Position numbers and translations under genes: made by a program. This document shows, one piece after another, positions 1 through 7,715 of a stretch of 64,000 nucleotides of DNA. The DNA lies in NCBI GenBank assembly GCA_026982555.1, contig JALSGT010000066.1:1879-65878 (forward strand), read 5' to 3'. A model generated the notes under the pieces. It saw only the letters and a list, made by a program, of their open reading frames with translations, did not search any database and had not been told where the DNA came from. The stretch is from Chromatiales bacterium. GTDB taxonomy: Bacteria; Pseudomonadota; Gammaproteobacteria; SZUA-152. Positions within the stretch are counted from its first letter, which is position 1. Every line of letters starts with the position of its first letter.

Positions 1-261
1 TGGGTGAAATTTCCCCACGCCGCACACACCCAATGGCTGGCCTGTTCCAATTGCCACCCGGCAATTTTCATTGAGAAGAAGGGAGCCAACAAATTGTCCA
101 TGGATGGCATTCTCGCAGGCGAACACTGCGGTCGCTGCCATGACAAAGTTGCCTTTTCACTGTGGACTTGCGAACGCTGCCACAATGTCCCTCACGAAGG
201 GACGCCCAAGCGCTGGAATGAATCCCTGGGCATACCGCCCAGCCCGGCCACTGTAGACTGA
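1..261 (+). CDS. multihaem c-type cytochrome (c7/c3-like trihaem domain), C-terminal part; 5' end lies outside the window
   Basis: The frame is open from base 1 to the TGA at 259-261. It has three CXXCH haem motifs in 85 aa (CSNCH, CGRCH, CERCH). Confidence 0.6.
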   Translation, partial: WVKFPHAAHTQWLACSNCHPAIFIEKKGANKLSMDGILAGEHCGRCHDKVAFSLWTCERCHNVPHEGTPKRWNESLGIPPSPATVD

Positions 262-284
262 AAGCCCACGGGCTGGGGTGCGTA

Positions 285-1043
285 CTAACGCGCCCCGACC
301 AGCAATGCCGCCACCTTATCACTGCCTCTATCCTTTGCCACACTGAGAGCAGTCTGACCATCTTCGTCACGCGCCGCCGGATCAGCGCCTTGTGCCAGCA
401 ACACCTTGGCCACTTCAGGCCGGTCAAAGGCCGCAGCGGCCATCAACGGGGTACGCTGCTTCAACCCACGGCCATTGACATCAATGCCTGCTTTTACCAT
501 GAGGCTGACAATATCAGCATGTCCCAGTCCGGCACCCAGCATCAGCAATTCTTCGCCATCGCGCTTATCCAACATGGGTGTTTTGTCCTGCTGCAAATTG
601 TCCAACAGCAACTGCACAGTTTCCAGATGCCCAAAATAAACAGCATTCACCAATGGCGCGCCACCACTGTCATCACGCAGCTGCGCATTGGCACCGCTAT
701 CCAACAGTAACTTCACCACCTCGTGATGCCCGGCCGTTGCCGCAACAATTAACGCCGTCGTACCATAATTATCCACTGCATTTACGTCAGCACCTTGCTC
801 AATCAACCACTGAGCCACCTCACGATGATTTTCAGAAGCGGCAAACATCAAGGCATTTTTACCTTTGTTACTGCGTTGGTTAACATCCGCTCCGCGTTGC
901 GCGGCAGCCTGTACAAATTCTAAGTTGCCATCTTTCGCGGCATTCATCATTTCAGAAGTGTGCTCGCGCGAACAGGCACTGAGTAACACTATACTAAATG
1001 CTGCAACACACAGTGCTGCACGCTTTACCCACCCGTTATTCAT
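285..1043 (-). CDS. ankyrin-repeat lipoprotein (exported)
   Basis: It contains repeated ankyrin units (e.g. GKNALMFAASENHREVAQWLIEQGADVNAVD, GTTALIVAATAGHHEVVKLLLDSGAN, QRTPLMAAAAFDRPEVAKVLLAQGADP). I chose the start at ATG 1043 (MNNGWVKRAALCVAAFSIVLLSAC), which gives a signal peptide with a lipobox Cys. The ORF-track start at 1079 adds 12 unlikely residues. Confidence 0.75.
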   Translation of the reverse strand: MNNGWVKRAALCVAAFSIVLLSACSREHTSEMMNAAKDGNLEFVQAAAQRGADVNQRSNKGKNALMFAASENHREVAQWLIEQGADVNAVDNYGTTALIVAATAGHHEVVKLLLDSGANAQLRDDSGGAPLVNAVYFGHLETVQLLLDNLQQDKTPMLDKRDGEELLMLGAGLGHADIVSLMVKAGIDVNGRGLKQRTPLMAAAAFDRPEVAKVLLAQGADPAARDEDGQTALSVAKDRGSDKVAALLVGAR

Positions 1044-1108
1044 TACTTGAACCTTCGGAAATATTAACCAGAAATACAAAATAAACCCGTTATTGTTTAA
1101 ATCCAGGC

Positions 1109-2365
1109 TTAACGCTTCATTGACGCATAAAATTCAGTATTCACTTTCGTATCTTTCAGACGGTCCAATAAAAACTCAATGGCCGCCAGTTCATCCATGG
1201 GATGCAATAGTTTGCGCAAAATCCAGATTTTCTGCAATTCATCAGGCTTGGTAAGGCGCTCCTCACGACGTGTGCCGGAACGATTGATATCAATGGCAGG
1301 ATAAATACGTTTTTCAGCGATACGCCTGTCCAGATGCACCTCCATATTACCGGTGCCTTTAAACTCTTCATAAATCACATCATCCATGCGCGATCCGGTA
1401 TCCACCAGGGCGGTGGCCAGAATCGTGAGGCTTCCGCCTTCTTCGATATTACGTGCCGCACCAAAAAAACGCTTGGGACGATGCAGAGCGTTAGCGTCCA
1501 CACCACCTGTCAGCACCTTACCGGAAGAAGGAATTACCGTATTGTAAGCACGCGCCAGGCGTGTAATCGAATCCAGCAAAATAACCACATCTTTTTTATG
1601 CTCCACCAGACGCTTGGCTTTTTCGATGACCATTTCTGCCACTTGCACATGGCGACTGGCGGGTTCATCGAAGGTGCTGGATACCACTTCACCCCGCACT
1701 GAGCGCGCCATTTCGGTGACTTCTTCAGGACGTTCATCAATGAGCAACACAATAAGAATACATTCCGGATGATTGGCTGCAATACTTTGGGCAATGTATT
1801 GCAACATCATTGTTTTACCTGACTTGGGCGGGGAAACAATCAACCCGCGCTGGCCCTTGCCTACCGGTGAAGCCATGTCAATCACACGCGCCGTTAGGTC
1901 CTCCGTGCTGCCGTTGCCTATTTCCAGGGTCAGGCGCTCATTGGCAAATAATGGTGTAAGGTTTTCAAACGGTACTTTGTTTTTAGCATTTTCCGGCCGG
2001 TCAAAATTGATTTCGCCCACCTTGAGCAGCGCAAAATACCGTTCACCGTCTTTCGGTGGGCGAATTTTGCCGGAAATGGTATCACCGGTACGTAAACTGA
2101 AACGTCGAATCTGGCTGGGTGATACATAAATGTCGTCCGGACCCGCCAGGTACGAACTGTCTGCCGACCTTAAAAATCCGAACCCGTCCTGTAATATTTC
2201 CAGCACACCATCGCCGTAGATATCTTCACCATTTTTGGCATGCGCTTTGAGCAGCGCAAAAATAATATCTTGCTTACGGGCCCGGGCCATACCTTCCACG
2301 CCGGTACTTCGGGCAAGTTCGGTAAGTTCAGAGGCAGTTTTTTGTTTCAGTTCGGTCAGGTTCAT
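1109..2365 (-). CDS. rho: transcription termination factor Rho
   Basis: The 418-aa product is near-collinear with E. coli Rho as I recall it (MNLTELK..., [29 protein letters not shown], Walker A PPKSGKT, ...[16 protein letters not shown]). I set the start at the conserved MNLTELK rather than the upstream extension to 2434. Confidence 0.95.
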   Translation of the reverse strand: MNLTELKQKTASELTELARSTGVEGMARARKQDIIFALLKAHAKNGEDIYGDGVLEILQDGFGFLRSADSSYLAGPDDIYVSPSQIRRFSLRTGDTISGKIRPPKDGERYFALLKVGEINFDRPENAKNKVPFENLTPLFANERLTLEIGNGSTEDLTARVIDMASPVGKGQRGLIVSPPKSGKTMMLQYIAQSIAANHPECILIVLLIDERPEEVTEMARSVRGEVVSSTFDEPASRHVQVAEMVIEKAKRLVEHKKDVVILLDSITRLARAYNTVIPSSGKVLTGGVDANALHRPKRFFGAARNIEEGGSLTILATALVDTGSRMDDVIYEEFKGTGNMEVHLDRRIAEKRIYPAIDINRSGTRREERLTKPDELQKIWILRKLLHPMDELAAIEFLLDRLKDTKVNTEFYASMKR

Positions 2366-2741
2366 AGGCATAGGATCACTGGAATAGTTTAAGGGATAGA
2401 ATTTGGGGGACTCACCAGGGCCACGATTTGGCATCTGGTATGTTCAGAATCTGAAATTCTGTGCGACAAACAAAAATGGGTAATGAAAAGAATGCTCTAA
2501 AAAGGAATTATTAAAGGAATTTTGTTTTTTTAAGGACTTACCAGAAAATCAGTTCGTTTACTTGAGTTTAGCTCGTTTTACGCGGAAAAAAGACTGGAAC
2601 ACGGCGTGAAGCAAACGCTTTGAGACATTGGTTTTGCGCTAAGCTACCACGAAGACCGGACGCCGTCCAGCCCTCTGTCTGACACGGACCGGCCACCTTC
2701 CATTGAAAGGCAACCGGTAAAACCGCGATCAGTCCTGCAAA

Positions 2742-3068
2742 TCAGACATTGCTGTCAATAAATGCTGTCAATTGTGACTTGGATACAGCACCCACCTTGG
2801 TCGCTTCCACACTCCCGCCCTTAAACAACATCAGGGTAGGAATACCACGAATGCCGTATTTGGGTGGCGTGCCGGGGTTTTCGTCAATATTCAGTTTGGC
2901 AATCTTGATCTTGTCTTTATATTCCTCAGCAATTTCATCAAGAATTGGCGCAATCATTTTGCAAGGGCCGCACCAGTCAGCCCAATAATCGACCAGTACC
3001 GGACCTTCCGCTTTCACAACTTCATCTTCAAAAGAATCGTCTGTGAGATAAACGATGTTTCCACTCAC
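2742..3068 (-). CDS. trxA: thioredoxin 1
   Basis: It has the WCGPC active site within [24 protein letters not shown]. The 108-aa length follows from a GTG start at 3068, preceded by GGAGG at a suitable distance. The trxA-rho tandem with a roughly 375-nt rho leader matches the enteric arrangement. Confidence 0.92.
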   Translation of the reverse strand: MSGNIVYLTDDSFEDEVVKAEGPVLVDYWADWCGPCKMIAPILDEIAEEYKDKIKIAKLNIDENPGTPPKYGIRGIPTLMLFKGGSVEATKVGAVSKSQLTAFIDSNV

Positions 3069-3239
3069 TGATAGGCCTCCATCAGGAATTTCACCTGTGT
3101 CATTGTTATGTACATTAATGTTTACAGTGTGGTCTGACTCACACACCCAGTATTAGTTACAGCTTGAACGACCATTTCAGCCTAATCGCCCGCACATTTC
3201 AAGCACAATATCGCCACATTCCTGTTATTCTTTACCGCC

Positions 3240-4529
3240 ATGACCGATACGCACACCACAAATATCTCTTTTCGCGAGCTGAAACTTGCCGAACCTTTGT
3301 TACAAGGCATAGACGCTGCGGGCTTTTCCCACTGCACGCCGATACAGGCACAAACCCTCCCACTGACGCTGAACGGACAGGATATTTTGGGTCAAGCACA
3401 AACCGGTACGGGTAAAACTGCCGCGTTTTTACTCGCCGTGCTCCATCGTTTGCTCACAACACCGGCCAACCCCCGACGAAAAAACAATCAACCACGCGCT
3501 ATCATCATTGCCCCGACACGTGAACTGGCCGTGCAAATTCACAAAGATGCGCTGCCTTTGGCCGAAGGTTGTGACATGCGGCTGCGTGTCGTTTACGGCG
3601 GATCCGGTTATGAGCAGCAACGCAACGATATTGGCGAAGGTGTCGATATTCTCATCGGCACTCCGGGGCGGCTCATCGATTATTTCAAACAACATGTTTA
3701 CGATCTCAAAGAAATCCAGGCCATGGTGCTGGACGAGGCCGACCGCATGTTCGACCTGGGCTTCATCAAAGACATCCGTTACATGCTGCGCCGCATGCCG
3801 CCACCCACCGAACGTCTCAACATGTGCTTCTCCGCTACCTTGCCATTGCGCGTGACTGAACTTGCCTATGAGCACATGAATAACGCCGTCACGATAAAGG
3901 TCAGGACCAACAAGGTCACCGCCGACAAAGTGAAGGAAATCGTTTACGGCCCCTCCAACGACGAAAAGATTCCTTTGCTCATCGGTCTGCTTCGCCATAT
4001 GAACCCGATCCGCACTATTATTTTTGTCAACACCAAACGCGCTGCGGAAAAAATCTGGGGCTTTTTGGAAAGTAATAACTTCAAGTCCGCCCTGCTCTCC
4101 GGCGATGTGCCTCAGAAAAAACGTCTACGCCTGCTGGACGAATTTCAAAAGGGTGAACTGGCCATCATGGTTGCCACCGACGTGGCAGCCCGCGGGTTAC
4201 ACATCCCCGCTGTCAGTCATGTGATCAATTACGATTTACCGCAGGATAGCGAAGATTATGTGCATCGTGTTGGTCGTACTGCTCGCGCGGGTGCCAGCGG
4301 CGACGCCATCAGCTTTGCCTGTGAGGACTATGCCTTTTCGCTGGCCGATATTCAGGCGTTCATTGGTTATGAAATTCCACGCGGCAGAATCAGCAGCGAG
4401 CTGATCGCCAATGATCTGGCACCTCCGGTACGCATCGAACGGAAATCCCGATCCCATGGCGGAGGGCAACGCTCTGGCGGGAAAAAAAACACGGCCAAAC
4501 GGAAGCATTCGCGTAACCGTTCAACCTGA
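3240..4529 (+). CDS. rhlB: ATP-dependent DEAD-box RNA helicase RhlB
   Basis: Motifs present are the Q-motif, AQTGTGKT, PTRELA, DEAD (VLDEADRM), SAT, ARGLHIP and HRVGRTARAG, followed by a basic C-terminal tail. It is divergent from trxA, as in E. coli. Confidence 0.9.
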   Translation: MTDTHTTNISFRELKLAEPLLQGIDAAGFSHCTPIQAQTLPLTLNGQDILGQAQTGTGKTAAFLLAVLHRLLTTPANPRRKNNQPRAIIIAPTRELAVQIHKDALPLAEGCDMRLRVVYGGSGYEQQRNDIGEGVDILIGTPGRLIDYFKQHVYDLKEIQAMVLDEADRMFDLGFIKDIRYMLRRMPPPTERLNMCFSATLPLRVTELAYEHMNNAVTIKVRTNKVTADKVKEIVYGPSNDEKIPLLIGLLRHMNPIRTIIFVNTKRAAEKIWGFLESNNFKSALLSGDVPQKKRLRLLDEFQKGELAIMVATDVAARGLHIPAVSHVINYDLPQDSEDYVHRVGRTARAGASGDAISFACEDYAFSLADIQAFIGYEIPRGRISSELIANDLAPPVRIERKSRSHGGGQRSGGKKNTAKRKHSRNRST

Positions 4530-4658
4530 AATCCGCAATTGGACGGCCTGTAGGGTTGCGTTGAATGTTGTGACTGGCAAGGCGCGATGAGGAGTCATAG
4601 CCCGCTATTGCGACGATTCGCGACGTGGCCAGACGCAAAAGGCAACGTGCTATACCGG
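4519..4658 (-). repeat. intergenic repeat family, long copy (reverse orientation, 55-nt internal insertion)
   Basis: The reverse complement of 4634-4658 equals 51665-51689 at 25 of 25 positions. The reverse complement of 4519-4578 aligns to 51694-51752 at roughly 82% identity by hand. The last codons and the TGA of rhlB (4527-4529) lie inside the repeat. Confidence 0.75.
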
Positions 4659-4760
4659 TCGTAGCGACTCACTCAATCCGTGAATGCGCCAAAACCACTC
4701 AACAGGCTATTGATCAAAATGTGAATACATCCTCGAAGCGGTCAACGGCGGAATTTAGGT

Positions 4761-5858
4761 TCAAGCTAATACCACCTGATTACGCCCCTGATTTTTTGCG
4801 CTGTACACGGCCTGATCAGCACGGTCTACCAACCCCGTTGCCAGTGCATTCAGATCATTCTCATTTTCAATGCGCTGTAGACTCGCCACTCCGATGGAAA
4901 TGGTTGCCGCCAGCGATTCACCGTCCAACGCTCTGAACAAATGGGCCGCAATCACTGCGCGAATACGCTCGGCAATTTCCATCGCTGCATCACTGGGAGC
5001 ATTGACCAACAGCGCGGCAAATTCTTCACCGCCGTAACGACCCAGCACATCGCTGGCCCGAAGCTGTTCACGAATCAAGCCAGCAACTACCCGCAGTACC
5101 TGATCCCCAGTCTGATGACCATGTTTGTCATTAACCTTTTTGAAATGATCCACATCCATAAACAGACAGGTCATCGGCTCATTGCTGCGTTGCGCACGCC
5201 CCACTTCTTCCAATAAACGCTGGTCAAAAAAACGGCGATTATTCACCCCGGTCAGGGAGTCCGTCAGGCCTACACGTTTCAGACGTTCGTGGTTGGTGGC
5301 ATTCTCTACACAAATCGCCACCACCGTCGCCAGACGCTGCAAAAAATCTGTGGCCGCACCTTCGAGATAACGCTCCTCCTGTGTACTACCCAGGTTGAGG
5401 CTGCCGATGACTCTGCCGTAACGTACCAGCGGCAGCAAAGCAACACTGTGCAGGCTGGTGGTATTTTCTGCAAACAAGAATCTGTGCTCGTGCTGCCGGT
5501 ACTTACCCAGCCTGGGTTCAACAGAAACGCCAAACAAATTATCCAGATTATCGGCATCATGTTGAAAAAGCAGTTGTTCCATTTCTCCCAGACGCACACC
5601 TTCTTCTTCAAGGATACGCTGGATTTCATATTCAGGGTCGTGCAACACCAGACTCACTGTATCCAGCCGGAAGGCTGTGCGATAGTTGAATAGCAGCCGT
5701 TGCAGTAATTCTGTGAGTGACGGCGTACTGATCAGGCGCAGTTCCTGTTCATGAAAGCGCCGTTGTTTTTGTTCATTTTCACGCGCCTGACTTAAAAATG
5801 TCCGCAGTTTACGGCGCAAAAGCTGATTTTCATGATAAAGATCATTGCTCACTTGCAT
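4761..5858 (-). CDS. diguanylate cyclase (GAF/DUF484-like sensor domain + GGDEF)
   Basis: The C-terminus has GGEEF (RYGGEEFAALL) with an RxxD I-site (RASD) five residues upstream. The N-terminal ~190 aa look GAF-like. ATG 5858 is preferred over the adjacent TTG at 5861. Confidence 0.85.
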   Translation of the reverse strand: MQVSNDLYHENQLLRRKLRTFLSQARENEQKQRRFHEQELRLISTPSLTELLQRLLFNYRTAFRLDTVSLVLHDPEYEIQRILEEEGVRLGEMEQLLFQHDADNLDNLFGVSVEPRLGKYRQHEHRFLFAENTTSLHSVALLPLVRYGRVIGSLNLGSTQEERYLEGAATDFLQRLATVVAICVENATNHERLKRVGLTDSLTGVNNRRFFDQRLLEEVGRAQRSNEPMTCLFMDVDHFKKVNDKHGHQTGDQVLRVVAGLIREQLRASDVLGRYGGEEFAALLVNAPSDAAMEIAERIRAVIAAHLFRALDGESLAATISIGVASLQRIENENDLNALATGLVDRADQAVYSAKNQGRNQVVLA

Positions 5859-5883
5859 CAAATTTACCCCGCGCCAAAAAACA

Positions 5884-5916
5884 ACGCCAACCCCGGTGAG
5901 GCTGGCGTGTTTTTTT
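5884..5916 (-). terminator. intrinsic-terminator-like hairpin between the HDOD gene and the GGDEF gene
   Basis: Read on the minus strand: ACGCCAGCC-tcaccgg-GGTTGGCGT, a 9-bp stem including one G.U pair, followed by TGTTTTTTGG. The U-tract ends about 16 nt before the GGDEF start codon. Confidence 0.55.
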
Positions 5917-6009
5917 GATTACATGAGATTAATACCTGACATTCTGCAAATACGTGTGTTTGTGCTGGGTAAGTGCGGGCACTCGCAGAGTCCAGGTAAC
6001 AAGCCTGCT

Positions 6010-7431
6010 TTACGCCACCAGCTGCCTCGCCATCGTGTCCAGTTCTTCGCGGCTTTCCACCGTACACTCCAGTACCTTGGCCACTTGTTCAGTATCAAGG
6101 CCGATGCTGTCCAACAAGCCAGCAGGTAATTCATCACTTTCGGCATCCCCCATATCCAACCCTTTGAGCAACCGGTCAGCCAGCACCACTACCCGCACAT
6201 AATTGGCATGCAACCCGTCGTAAGCGGGGTTGTGATGCTCCTGCTGCACAACAATAATTTCTTTTGGCATGTTCCAGGCCTCCATCAGCCAGGCTCCCAT
6301 TTCCATATGTGTACTACCGATCAAGCGCTTTTCCAGTTCAACAACAGCTGCCTCCGGCTCCTTGTTTACGGCTCGCTGCAATACCGCAAATTCTTTTGGA
6401 AACAAATGCCCCAGTAATAAAAAACCAAAATTGTGTAACAAGCCCGCCAGATATGCCGTGCCTGGGCGTGGGCGCAGTTCACGCGGCACCCTGTTGCACA
6501 AGGCCTGAGTCAGTGCTGCGCTGTAAGTCGCATCCCGCCAAAAAGCATTGAGACCCAGCGGGCCTTCCGGTGGCACCTTAAAAGGTCGTGCAGCCGCCAC
6601 GCCAAGGGAGATATTCATCACCATGTCATAACCCAGCACACGGGAAATCGCCTGGCGCACTGAAGCCACTTTGCCTTGATAAGCGTAAAACGGTGACTGC
6701 GCATACCGCACAATCTGCGCTGAAAGGCTGGGATCTTTTTCAACCAGCTTGGCCAGGTCCTCAGCATGCGCATAAGGATTGGCATTGAGCTGAATGATTT
6801 TTTGCGCCAACGTCGGCATAGCCGGTAACTGTGTAATGCGCTCGATGCGCTGACGCATGCTGGTTACCGGCGCTACATCAACTTCTTCCACGTCAGTCTC
6901 CTTTTTGGCTTGTCTGATTTTCGCTTTTTGTTCCGCATCCTGCTGCGCTACGCGCTGTTCCGAAATTTGTGAAAATGTATTGCCATACCAGGCATTGCTG
7001 TGCAGCAATTGAAAATCCTGCCCGGTGATACGCACCAGCTCCCCGGCATTGCCGGAAGCGACATACACAAAATCCTGATCCAGCAGCGAGTCATCAATGA
7101 CTGTCTCAAAGTTATAAGCCTCACCCAATGCCGGTAAAATGCCCGGCGAACAATCGGCAAACACACCACGGTAATCACGTTCCTCCGCAGGAACAAGCTT
7201 GCGATGCAGCTGACGATTCAGCGCATCCAGCTTCAGCCGATGGGTGATGGGTAACACCGCCATCACCATGCCGCTGACGTCTTTCAAAATCATCGCCTGT
7301 GCAACCCGAAACGGTGAAATATCACCGATATCCCCTTGCCACCGGCCTTGTGCATCTACAGGACAATGAATAACAGAATACTGCACATCCTGTTTGTCGA
7401 GATAACGTCGGACAGTAATCGAGGTAGACAT
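6010..7431 (-). CDS. YbaK/aminoacyl-tRNA-deacylase-like domain fused to an HDOD domain
   Basis: The N-terminal ~150 aa resemble the YbaK/EbsC fold (ILKDVSGMVMAVLPITHRLKLDALNRQL...PALGEAY...VYVASGNAGELVRI). The C-terminal part is HDOD (LPAMPTLAQKIIQLNANPYA...LAKLVEKDPSLSAQIVRYAQSPFY). I set the start at ATG 7431, which has AAGGG 5 nt upstream. Confidence 0.8.
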   Translation of the reverse strand: MSTSITVRRYLDKQDVQYSVIHCPVDAQGRWQGDIGDISPFRVAQAMILKDVSGMVMAVLPITHRLKLDALNRQLHRKLVPAEERDYRGVFADCSPGILPALGEAYNFETVIDDSLLDQDFVYVASGNAGELVRITGQDFQLLHSNAWYGNTFSQISEQRVAQQDAEQKAKIRQAKKETDVEEVDVAPVTSMRQRIERITQLPAMPTLAQKIIQLNANPYAHAEDLAKLVEKDPSLSAQIVRYAQSPFYAYQGKVASVRQAISRVLGYDMVMNISLGVAAARPFKVPPEGPLGLNAFWRDATYSAALTQALCNRVPRELRPRPGTAYLAGLLHNFGFLLLGHLFPKEFAVLQRAVNKEPEAAVVELEKRLIGSTHMEMGAWLMEAWNMPKEIIVVQQEHHNPAYDGLHANYVRVVVLADRLLKGLDMGDAESDELPAGLLDSIGLDTEQVAKVLECTVESREELDTMARQLVA

Positions 7432-7715
7432 GTTAACCCTTTGCTTTAAATAGATTTTGAGTGGCTTCAGCACATAGCGGCCAAGCTGCGGGAAAATGTA
7501 GTCATGGTCCCGACAAAACACTGAGCCACCCACCGGTTTGGCGGCGGATTGTTCCCACAAATTCTAATCATAAGCAATTGATTAACAACAGATGCTCGTG
7601 GAAACCCTATACTTTTATGTGTTTTCTGACCAGATGAAAGAAACGGGAGTGTGAACTATCTGGCAAAACATATTTCAGTACATCGTCAGGGTTGTTTTGA
7701 TGGCGTACCCGTTTG

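Noticed and set aside
3429-3998. 189-aa ORF antisense to rhlB
   Set aside because: It lies entirely within the strongly conserved DEAD-box helicase gene, and its product has no recognisable motif.
4625-4936. 103-aa plus-strand ORF in and beyond the rhlB/GGDEF convergent spacer
   Set aside because: It starts inside the repeat element and runs antisense into the GGDEF gene. It has no Shine-Dalgarno sequence and its composition is atypical.
5862-6009. Looked for a c-di-GMP (GEMM) riboswitch in the HDOD-GGDEF spacer
   Set aside because: I could not find the paired hairpins with the GNRA tetraloop/receptor and conserved GCAAA…CGCAAAGC-type core. Only the terminator hairpin is evident. A cmsearch would be decisive.
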